A DNA stretch of 36,327 bases from Paraglomus brasilianum (taxonomy: Eukaryota). The notes below the pieces were generated by a model. That model did not search any database. It saw only the letters and a list, made by a program, of their open reading frames with translations, and was not told where the DNA came from. The stretch spans positions 1 through 36,327 of the forward strand of contig CAJVPI010000294.1 of the NCBI GenBank assembly GCA_910592345.1. The letters are read 5' to 3'. Within the stretch, counting starts at the first letter, position 1. Every line of letters starts with the position of its first letter. Shown here in pieces: positions 1 through 10,333 of this stretch. Made by a program: the position numbers and the translations under genes.

Positions 1-120
1 GGGGTATATATGCCGGAGGGATACCATAACTAATACCCGGGTATAAATCAAAATTTGGCCTTCAAAATTGCCGCAGGCTATAGCTCATTGGGGGGGTACT
101 CGTGTCGGAGAAATACGGTA
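1..120. mobile_element. Terminus of a Tc1/mariner-superfamily (Tc2/pogo-like) DNA transposon or MITE, truncated by the window edge
   Basis: The reverse complement of the end reads TA|CCGTATTTCTCCGA, resembling the CCGTA(T)TT termini plus TA target site of Tc2-group elements. An 18-bp subterminal repeat occurs twice (1-18 GGGGTATATATGCCGGAG; 93-110 GGGGTACTCGTGTCGGAG, 13/18 identical), and there is a palindrome ATACCCGGGTAT at 33-44. The other end is not in the window. Confidence 0.5.
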
Positions 121-1438
121 GGTGACCACATTTGACTGGTTGTTTGTAATATTTAACGCGCCATACTAATCCTACACATGTACTAGCAAAATTTTCTAAT
201 TTACGACGATTTATTTCGTTTGCCAGAATTCAGAAGATGACTGATTGTTGCTTGTGGTTGCCACTCGCTCATCCGAAGTCACTAACAAACGCATATTTCT
301 TGATTTGCAGTATCAAACAGCAAAAATACTCTCGCTTCCACATTCTCAGTTTGCCAGCAAACAAGCAATTACCATCCGCCAGCGATATCTTTATAAATGT
401 CACTGATATTGCTACGAATTTTAGCGCTAGATAATCATTATGCAAGTCAAGCGAACGATTGTTATCATATCCTCCTTTGATGATTCCTTTATTATTGTAG
501 CTTAGCATACCTGCTTTATTTGAGAGATCCAAGTTCCCATTGTGTATGCTGTAATAATTTTTGATGCCACAAAGTAAAAAGGTTTGACAGTTTTCAAAAC
601 GTCGTGGAAAGATGGTAGCATACCAATTGTAATGACGCATGCCCAGCTAGCAACAGTTGTTATTTGGAATTGAGAATGAAACTTGGCATCATGTGAGCGT
701 ATATAAGGTACTGTGACACAAGGCAATCGATCATTATAGATACCGTTGTTACCCATTTCAGGTTTCGCAATATTAATATCCGTAGACGTACGACACCATG
801 TTGTTCCAGGAAGCAAGTACAACGTAACGTTTCATAAATATTTGATAGGAAAACGTTATGATAAGAAGTGGAATGGTATACAGGATTACCACGTCACTAA
901 CGTAGCGGTCTCGATACAAGTGTAATCCGCCCTTTTATACATGTCGTGATGAGTAGAAATCGGTTTATTTATATCTTTTATTAAAAACAAAGGCCTAATA
1001 ATACTGTACGAAACCGAATCTCAGGACGAGTATTAGTTTTATTAGTCGGTCGTGTACGCCCTCGGTCGAAGTATTAGCATGTATGAATCAAGAAGATCTC
1101 GTGTAACTAAATGATAATAGGTACTTCTCTGCGTCCATATATGTTCACAAAAGAATTCACACAAGTTGATGTAACATTGCATTATTTAAAATCATCTAGA
1201 GTACACACCATTGAACTGTGTGTTAACTTTCTCTATCTTTTTTACACCATAAACACTGCGAAGAAAGGCGGTGACCATAGCAGGAGACTTGATATCCTCT
1301 GCCCGCCGTAGATAAAGGCGAAAACATTCACTCCCTTCCTCTCCTCCTCCTACTCCTCCTTTTCTCCTGGGATTTGTGAGCCTCCTTGTCGCCGAGCGAC
1401 CCTTACCCGACACCCTCATACCTACACACCTTCCGCCG

Positions 1439-1471
<33 letters not shown>
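1439..1471. repeat. (CT)n microsatellite in the pyrimidine-rich promoter/5'UTR of the secreted-protein gene
   Basis: Direct reading: TCTCTC... about 16 units with one interruption, inside a C/T-rich tract (1330-1590) upstream of ATG 1602. Confidence 0.9.
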
Positions 1472-1601
1472 TCACCGCCTCTCATCTCAATATTCATTCC
1501 TCTTATTCTTAAATCCCTCCCTGCTTTCGCCCTTTTTCTACTTGCTCTTTTCTCCAACCTACACGCTTCAATACTCTCTTTTCTTTTTACTGTCATAAAA
1601 C

Positions 1602-2339
1602 ATGTTTTCTACTCTCGTCTACCTCAACATATTTCTCGTTTCTTTGCTCGCATCTCTGACAACTGCCTGTGATACCACCTGTCGAACAGAGCTTGGTCTT
1701 TCTTTTGTGGACATATACGCCTCGGAATCACATGCTCTATTCGAGCTGTTTGCTCAGAATCTTACGTCTCACATACTCGACGGTGTGAACGTGAACAAAA
1801 TCTCTTCTGGTAAAGGTAGTAAACTCCGCAACGAAATAATTGACGACGTCCGCGTGACTGTTTCACAATTGGACAAGTCCTTTGCTGAGACTATTCCTGG
1901 TCTAGTTGAAGACGCAATATTTAACCAATCACCTGAATTCCGTGGAGAATGCTCGGTTCCTGTAGAAACAAAGTCATCTCAATTCAGTGTTTCCAAAAAA
2001 GATGCTTGCATGATGGTCGAGGAAGTGTGTGGAAGCGTATTGTCGATTTGTCGTCATTTGGATCTTGTGAAAGAGCGAACTGTAAAGACTGTCGTTAGTG
2101 CATTAGATAATGACACGGCAGGAGAATTTTACACAGTAATCTCTCACACCATATCCCGTATTGCTGTAAAATGGAAGCTTGGCGTCGCTCAGCGAAAGGC
2201 ATTAATGTCCAAGTCAAATGCCAACGTGAAGATGTCGTTGGCCATTTTCAGTGAGCATTACAAAAATGGATTCTGTAGCGACTCGAATTGCGATCAATAT
2301 GACGACAAGATTGTAGAATTGCTTCTCAGTTACGTCTAG
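1602..2339 (+). CDS. Secreted cysteine-containing protein of unknown function (245 aa, intronless)
   Basis: Good ATG context (AAACATG). Hydrophobic signal peptide MFSTLVYLNIFLVSLLASLTTA followed by CDTTC. Eight Cys (CxxxC; GEC; DACMMVEEVCGSVLSIC; FCSDSNC), an NLT sequon and a CT-rich leader. Confidence 0.8.
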   Translation: MFSTLVYLNIFLVSLLASLTTACDTTCRTELGLSFVDIYASESHALFELFAQNLTSHILDGVNVNKISSGKGSKLRNEIIDDVRVTVSQLDKSFAETIPGLVEDAIFNQSPEFRGECSVPVETKSSQFSVSKKDACMMVEEVCGSVLSICRHLDLVKERTVKTVVSALDNDTAGEFYTVISHTISRIAVKWKLGVAQRKALMSKSNANVKMSLAIFSEHYKNGFCSDSNCDQYDDKIVELLLSYV

Positions 2340-3184
2340 AAAAGAGTGTATCATGTAAAAAGTCGTGTTTGTATCTATACAATTGACTAGGTGAAAACTT
2401 ATCTAATGCTTTTATCCTCGATTAATAATTTAATATGGAATAGTGAGTACATTCAATTTCTTCGCCCAGTCTTATCTACTCCTCACTCTACTATTCTCTT
2501 TCCTTTGCCCAGTCTTTTCTGTCTATAATATATATAGAATTTCCCCTTTGGGGTACGTGTTTATATAACACAGTATTTCCATTCATTTCCTGTACCATCT
2601 TCATTCGCTCTCTTGTAACATTTAACTTTTTCTATTAATCCGCTCTTAATAAAATTGAGCATCTGGAGTGCTTAGCATCTGATTAAGTGAGCTGAACAAG
2701 CGAATATCGATCTTGTCGTCGGTTTCTACCGATCGAATTGATAAACCGAATGTAGCGCAAATATACTTTGCAATATCAACAAATCGTGAGCTTGTTTATT
2801 AAATGTGTTATACAGTGAAACGGAAGTCTGTGCCTCAGGCCATGTGAATTTATAATGTTTCGCACGCGCCAAGAAATAATCTTTCTACTCTTTACAACGG
2901 TTAATACCAAGAAAGTTAAAAGTGGGAGTTTGATTGATGTTGATGGTGAATATCAACTGAAACGTGGTTACTATAAAAGTTGATATCTATAATGAAATTC
3001 TATAGGTAGAAGTCCTATGACGACGCATTGCTAATAAAGAGGGTTGATATATTAGTGAAATGGATTTAAGAAAAGCAGACTGAACTCTAATGGCTACCAA
3101 TAATCGACTGTCGTATTTATTACTATTATGGATTTTAATACAAAGAGAAAATAAATTATTGACTCTTAGCTCTATTAGACTGAA

Positions 3185-6100
3185 TTATGATACATAGAAT
3201 GTGTGCGAATGTGGGAATGTCCTCGCTGATTCATATGACGTTGGGTATACTTTGATTGGGACTAAACAGTCAAATGTCTCCACGCTCACATCTGGCACAG
3301 CCTGTAAGTACAGATGTCGCTCGTCCGTGTTTAGTGAAAGAAGTGGAGAGGTATTCTTATCACCTGTGATGAATTCCAGTCGCAATCCCCAATGGAGTTT
3401 GACTATAAGGACACGGATAGACAGAGAGAAGCAAGTGGATAAAATATTAGTATATCAAAACATACAAAGCATAAAGGCAGATTGCGGTTTGTCCTATAAA
3501 TCTCCGATAAACAGTGTCACTCTTCGATCTGACATTCTGATTACCTGCTGTTGTAGTGAAATCCGGCGTACCGTTTGTTGGTATTGGAATGGCAAAACTT
3601 ATTCGTCGTGTATAGAGACAGAACTCGTGATGCTCTCCATGTACTTTACGTGTTATTTTGTTTATATGATGCTGGGGACGAGCGGCGATACTTGCTTCTA
3701 TTTGTTCATTACTTTCTAGTGTAATAGACACCTAGAAACAATAAAAAGATCGTGTGAACATGTGAGCAAGCATGTGACATTTTATTTTGCGGACAAATAA
3801 ACCACCTGTTTCAACCTCCCCCCGCCAAAATCGATCGATGATTATATTAATTTTGCCAGTGGTGCACCATTGGGATCTACAAATTTACCCTAACCCTTAT
3901 AGCTCACATGTGCTATATATGGTGCACCACTGGTGCACCAGGCGAAATTAATATGAATCACCGAACCTCGATCGGCATTAAAAATACCAACCCACACCTA
4001 AATTGATCGTCTGAATTGGTTGAAACAGGTGCAATATAAAGTCACAATTGCTCAAGAAATATTCCCAACCTGATAACTCTGTATTAAGGCATCATTGAAA
4101 TTTATTACTCCTGTAACAACATCTCCCAGTTGATATGTTGTCTTCAATAAACACAGCTGAGCAACACGTGCATTGTTCTTGCATATATCGTATGTAGCTA
4201 TTAAGGATAAAAAGAATCAACAGTTTCAATAAGCAATAGTAACTAACAACTGCTATCAACAGATAGAATTCTTTCTTTCCCCGCATTCCAATCCTAACAA
4301 TAAACAGGAGTCTTCTTACTCCCTGTGCACTTTACTAACCTTTTCGCATATTTTTTGATAAAATAGCTACCGTATTCGTACACGATTTCAATTCTCGTTC
4401 AACATGTACAAACGAATCGCTTTCGGAACGTGCATTATCTTCTACATCGCCATTTGATGTTGAATCGTTCGCCAGACTTCGAACAAGCTGATCAACATAT
4501 TCAATGAATTCTGCTTTGTTGGTCCCTAGAATAGAAGACATAAAGATAAAAAATTGCCGAGTTAAAGACAAAATGCTTTTTATGAATTATGATCAAAGGA
4601 TGGACTATTGATTTAAAGTATTACTCTCAACGAGTTATACTTAGGTCGTGAGATATTACCTTTCTTTATTGCTGGCTTATTTTCCTTTGGATTATCATCA
4701 AGGCAAGTAACAATGGCTTCATCCTTGGAAATAATTACTGGATTCATCAGGTCATACATTGGCCGAGCACCATCCTCTGAATAATGACAATGAACAGTGT
4801 CATGTAAGTGTACGTTTCTTTCGTGTCTCCCACATTTATTGCAATTCAGTTTTACTTTTTAATGTGTCATCCAGATGTCATTCCACTTACCAGACACATA
4901 ATTAAACACTCTGAATGGAAGATGTACGATATGTGACTGATGATTCATTCCTCCTCGATGTGTTCCTATTATCAAATTATATTGAAATTTTATGGCTTTG
5001 CCTTTATGTGTGGGAGGAAGATCCGCTGGTAGTCTAGTCTCATATGAGTCTAATGGGGAAAAAAAATGTTAGACATGGATAAAATAGAAATCAATATTAT
5101 AATTGTCTTAGAACACTCACATGTACGTGTCTCTCCAGGCGCCAAATGCACATCAATAAATAGGATTGATGGTGGGGTAGAAAATACCGGTATCGATTTA
5201 TTATCTATTGAACATAGCAACAAAAGCAGTCAATTGTTATCGTCATTATAAATGTCAAAACCCAAGGCACTTCCTTCGTTGAACTAACCTGCCCTCTCCT
5301 GCATATCTGCTAGTGTTGACATTCCCATAGCTGTCGGTGTAAATATTCCCAACATGCCGCCTCCAACCGCTCCCCCCATACCACCACCAGGTCCATACAT
5401 ATTCTTCAATTTCAACGGTTCAAACTCGTACGCTTTCATCAGCGAACCGTCTACCACAAACACGCCCACAATCTGTGCAAAACCCCATAATAATGTCTCA
5501 TACTTTTGTGTCAATGATGGCGAGGAACTACATCTTGTTATTATTGATGGACGCCTGCTTTGTCGTTTGTAGTCCATCAACGAGCCATTGGTTGACCACT
5601 CGGGCGATGTTACTGAAAGGTAATCAACCGAGCTACGGGGAGAAGATTCGCCGGTTTCAAGGTCAATGGAAAACGTGTCACTTCCATCTGCTGCCTGCAG
5701 GTCGATAAAACCCAAGTCATCGTCTGTTTCGGTATCGGTTTCGTAAATCATTGGTGGTGAAACTGGAATTGAGTTTTGGGTTGCTTTAGGTGCCGATGCT
5801 ATGCATAGACAAGATATGAGAGAAGGTAAGCGTCAATTACATTCATTCTGACCGACTAGAGAAGAAAGAAAAGAACAAAACCAAACGACATTTACTTTCC
5901 GAGTGCCCCTTCTCCGAAGACGCATCCGCATGCGATGCAGGCTCTGCCACAATCTCGGTCTCATCCCACTCTTCACTCGCATCCCCACCACCCGTTAATA
6001 GCGATGCCAACCCTGTAAACGACGCCGATCTTTTCACAAAATTTCTAAATCCAAAAATTCCCGAATCGTTCAAGTCTCCTGCCATATTGGTTTGGGCTGC

Positions 6101-6500
6101 CGGATTCTCTACAATCACCGACAAGAGGTTCCCATTTTCTTGCATTGATTTATGAGGTTTCTTCCCAGCCTTTGATTCGTTAATCGTTTTTGCATGTCCG
6201 CTTGAAGATGAACGGGCATACTGATCATGGTGACGGTCGTCCGGGAAGAGTTGTTCGCTGTTCTGAAGGCGAGGTTTCGACGAGTCAGAGTCTTGCGAGC
6301 TTGTTTTGGAGGCTGATGTTGGTGGAAGAGGATTTGTAAAGGAGATCGTGCAGTGAAAGGTTTCTCCAGCAAAGAAAACAGCCTAAAGAATGCAAAATTG
6401 AGTTAGAACAGAAGCAGGGTATTGACAGCACTTTTCAGATCACAACAGGATAAGGAAAAAACACCTTTTGATTTATGTTTGCTGTGACAACGACAGACAT
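3185..6500 (-). CDS. RGP1: Rgp1, subunit of the Ric1-Rgp1 GEF for Ypt6/Rab6 (multi-exon, about 10 exons)
   Basis: Manual splicing with GT-AG introns gives MSVVVTANINQK|AVFFAGETFHCTISFTN...ETLLWGFAQIVGVFVVDGSL...IPVFSTPPSILFIDVHLAPGETRT|YSYETRLPADLPPTHKGKAIKFQYNLIIG...LKTTYQLGDVVTG...VSITLESNEQI...TRKVHGEHHE...IPTNGTPDFTT|VKLHWGLRLEF...VETFDCLVPIKVYP, all typical Rgp1-domain motifs. Stop at 3185-3187. Confidence 0.92.
3803..4031. repeat. Nested inverted repeats (MITE/Helentron-derivative-like) inside RGP1 intron 3732-4069
   Basis: Perfect 14-bp IR CACCTGTTTCAACC (3803-3816) / GGTTGAAACAGGTG (4018-4031). Perfect 15-bp IR CCAGTGGTGCACCAT (3856-3870) / ATGGTGCACCACTGG (3919-3933). Imperfect IR 3836-3857 / 3941-3963. 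CCCTAACCCT lies in the loop. Confidence 0.8.
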
Positions 6501-6766
6501 TTTGTCAAGTTTGCGTTTAGACTACCTCCATTCAATTCGGAAGCAGACGATTATTCTATTATTATTATTCTTGAAGTTTTTTGAATAGTTTTAGTTTGGA
6601 AAACGAAATCCACTTATTTCAAGCCATCGTACAAATTCCCAAACAAGTTAGGGTTCCTGTGCCCGATTGGATAAGTACTCTTTCAATTGCTTGTTGGGAA
6701 TATGCACCTTATTGTTCTGTAATCTTCTAACTTTGATTTCTATATGTATAACTAATAATTGGAATA
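6501..6766. promoter_or_regulatory. Putative bidirectional promoter shared by RGP1 and YIP5
   Basis: Only 266 bp separate the divergent start codons (6500 minus, 6767 plus). It contains TTAGGGTT (6648-6655) and ATTGG/CCAAT (6666-6670). Confidence 0.6.
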
Positions 6767-8443
6767 ATGTCAAGAGAACAGTATAGCGTGGTCGTTGAGG
6801 TGGACGAGGATTCAGTATGTGTAATATGTAATAACTATTATCTATAATCTTGAGTTTTCATGGAATATCAAACTGATCATACAAAATTACTGGTCAAAGA
6901 GCACAGGGAGACAAGAACTCGAATTTCAGGGTAAAAAAAAAGTCATGTTTTTGCTGAGGGCAATGAGATTTTTGTTGGGATAGAAACAAGAGTTGTTTAT
7001 TCGTATGGGCCTTTTCAGACTATTCGTCGAGTTCCGGAGTCGGAGGGAAGATAACAAGTGACAAGCAGGCATCTTCGAGTTCAGGTGAGTTGTAAGTGAT
7101 CGTTGCAAGGCGTAGATGTTTTGGTAGACAAAGTGATATGAGCGTTCACCTCCGCTATAGTTAACATTTTTTGAATTACTAATCTTATATCCTCTCCTGA
7201 AGCTTCGTTTAGCAATCCATTTTACGATTCACATCAGTCAAGTCAGACTGAAACCCAAGGAACCAGTTATCCATTCTGGTCTATCGAATACTACGCGCAG
7301 TTCTTTGATGTAGATACAGATCAGGTATGATTGATTACAGCATTGAACTGTGGTAAAGCTGTATTGTAAGTCTTTTTTTTTTTTTTTCTGATGTGATTTT
7401 CGGGTTGTTTGTATAGGTGCTGGAGAGAGCGGGGAAGAGTTTGTTTCCAAGAGAAAGTTTTGCAGAGACCGTTGGACCGCGTCCAGATTTGTATGGTTAG
7501 TTCACTATGATCATATTTATAATACCTTTATGTGCATATATCGATATATACCCTCAAATGCAACATATAAATGGTTACTTGAAGTATTTGAACATTGCCT
7601 TAGTCTTCTTCTAATTCGATGTTGGTGTCTTGTTATCAACAGGCCCCTTCTGGATCTCGACAACAGTGATCTTCCTCCTCTTTGTCACATCCTCTATTGC
7701 CGGATCAATTGCAGCACACATAAGTGGTGATGCTTACACATATGACTTTATGATCCTTACGTTTGGCGCAACTGTTGTATATGTCTACGCATTTGTTGTG
7801 CCACTTGTTGTTTGGATAGCACTAAAGTATTTGGGGTGTCGTCCCGGGTTTCTGGATACTGTTTCATTATATGGGTACGGCATGACTGTATGGATACCAG
7901 TTGCGGTAAGTCTTTGATTTTATCGCGCTAAATTGATGACGTGCAAGGTGGAATAATGAATGTACTACGAAGGTTGCGAGAGAATTTTATTGTAGAAAGA
8001 ATGCGATTGGAAAATAGAATTGAACTTAGGGGAAAAGATCTAACTGATCGACATCTGGTTATGTTATAGGTTTTCTGCGTAGTTCCATCAGAGTCAGTCC
8101 GTTGGACGCTTGTAGCGGTGGGGTTTGCCATCTCTGGTGAGTATTTTTATGTCGATTATCTCCCTTCCACTCTATTGGCTTCATGGACCGATTCACTTTC
8201 TGAACCTTTTATGTCTTATCATACAAAATTTTTATAGGGTTCTTTATAACTAGGAATCTCTACCCAGTGATCTCTCAAGCAGAAGCCAAAGCTGCTCGGT
8301 TGATTATAATTTTTATTATAGCCGCCCATGCAGCGTTAGCACTGCTGATGAAAGTGAAATTCTTTTCATACGAGATCAAAACTTCGCTCGGTGATGGCGG
8401 AAGTGGCGATGGCGGAAGTGGCGATGGTGGTGATGGAAATTAA
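6767..8443 (+). CDS. YIP5: Yip1-domain Golgi membrane protein, YIPF1/YIPF2 (Yip5) type, 8 exons
   Basis: Spliced: MSREQYSVVVEVDEDS|STGRQELEFQ|DY...|...FWSIEYYAQFFDVDTDQ|VLERAGKSLFP...PDLYG|PFWISTTVIFLLF...SLYGYGMTVWIPVA|VFCVVP..VRWTL...|GFFITRNLYP...HAALALLMKVKFF. The FW..EYY..FFDVDT.QV and PDLYGPFWI motifs are diagnostic. Stop TAA at 8441-8443. Confidence 0.92.
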
Positions 8444-9573
8444 TATCAAAGAAGACAGACGTAAAAGTAGAGAAAAAATGCTATCAGTTTAGACGTTGTA
8501 AAAGTTACCATACTTTGATGTTCATGAGATGTATAATAACATCTGGATTAATTTGATGAGATTTTGGGGATAGTGATAATAATTAACTTTATCATGATGT
8601 TACAAATAGTTAATAGAGCTAATAGACAATGAAAGCTGTTTTATCAATATCACTTGTATTTGGTGAATTTCTGATCTACCCGGCAAGTCATGGGATAGTC
8701 TCTTTGTGAGCATATCAACTAAAATACCAATTTAACGTCATTTGGACTTCATCAATTAGGTAAAGTACACAATGCAGTTTATTATTACATCAATATTTGT
8801 ATGACCTCCTTCAGCATCAACACATTCTTTTAATTTTCCTTGCTAATCTATTGGTTTGAACAGAAACCATTGCAAGAGCAATAAACCGCGTCCCGATCTT
8901 CGATATCTCTGCATTGGTGTGGTTATAATTCTAAACTTAAAAATAATAATAACTTTAATATAACGCTCTAAGACGGCTGCTAGGATTCCTTTAGTTATAA
9001 TTCAGTAATTCACTTGCGATGGAATTTACATTCTTACATGTTTGATTCGGTAGCCAGGTTGGGATATCCACCTTGATTTCCCTTTAAATGAGAAATATCA
9101 TTAAAGTTAATTATAGCTCCTACATGAAACTCACGAAATCGGCAAACGAGATATGGATCCCGTGGCCAAACATAACAAAGTAAAAGCGGCCAAACACAAT
9201 TTGAGGACTCACCGGCTTGGAGTTGCGTACTCCCTTTTTAGATGGTTCAGCAATAATTGGTTGATACTTAGAAGTCCCCCCAACTTGATTGTACCAGAGA
9301 ACACTGGCTTATGAAAGCTGACACAAACCGTGTACATGAGAATTGTTCACCTCTTTCTTCATCGCTGGTTTTTTTTTTCTTTAATAGTATTAACCTTTAC
9401 GGAATTAAGTACCGCCATGAAATCTTCCTCGTCCTTCTCGTAAGCCTGATAATGTTTCCAGAAACTGGGGGATCACGAAAGCCATTAATTCCATACATAA
9501 TAATTGTAGCGCTTTCAGTACGCTCTTCGCATGGAATTTTTCCACTATTAAGTTTCGCTTCTTAATGTTCTTG

Positions 9574-9624
9574 TAATATATAATATAATATAATATAATA
9601 TAATATAATATAATATATAATATA
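9574..9624. repeat. (ATAAT)n pentanucleotide microsatellite
   Basis: Direct reading of TAATA repeats, about 9-10 units. Confidence 0.9.
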
Positions 9625-10333
9625 GCCTCGTCTTCGTAATCAGCGAGTCGGAACAGTATTTTACATCCCAAGTCAGAAATTCGTTAAATTTCTCTTGCCG
9701 TTTGATACCTTTATCGTACCGTGCCTTTTCCGTTGCTTTGCTCTGACCTTAGGCTGATTTATTTACATGAATTCTCTGGCGCACGATAGTGTAGAGTACG
9801 GGTGTAGCTAATCCCGCGTTTGTTGTTGAGTAGGATAAAGTGAACCCCTTTTTTCTTTTATCAGGCAGTATGCTGCGCTATCCGATCGGTCATATGACAT
9901 AATTAATAATAGTCATAGTAATAGTAATAGGCAACATTAACCATATGAAAAGTATGCTAGTCTTAGTCTGAAACAACAGCATCCGCTTAGATGTTATTAC
10001 TCCATTTTTGCGGTTGTCAGAATCGAAATAGCAAGGTGGAATGCCAATTAATATACTAGTTAATTAATATGGCTAGCATAGAGAAAGGTCTCAGTTTACT
10101 ATTTCCACATGTCAAATAATGCTATACTGTAGCTTCTTCGAGCTTAATATTTGTCAAAGCCATATCGCCCCCGTATAATATATTTATTATTTTTTATTGC
10201 CTCCTCATGAGAAGACTGTACAAACCGTTTTATCTATTGGAATATCAGCACATCGGATCCGCTAGGCGAATCCAACGTATTCATAGGAATAAATACTTGC
10301 AATACTTTACATAATATTTAATATTCTATTCGA

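Noticed and set aside
237..822. Overlapping short ORFs on both strands
   Set aside because: No recognisable motif, no consistent splice signals, and lengths expected by chance.
1192..1672. ORFs with ERERER or SLSLSL runs
   Set aside because: These are translations of the CT microsatellite and pyrimidine-rich leader.
3201..3719. 172-aa Cys-rich plus-strand ORF
   Set aside because: Antisense shadow of the last two RGP1 exons.
9770..9860. GC-richer segment followed by a T-run (possible Pol III RNA)
   Set aside because: No cloverleaf, B box or convincing stem found.
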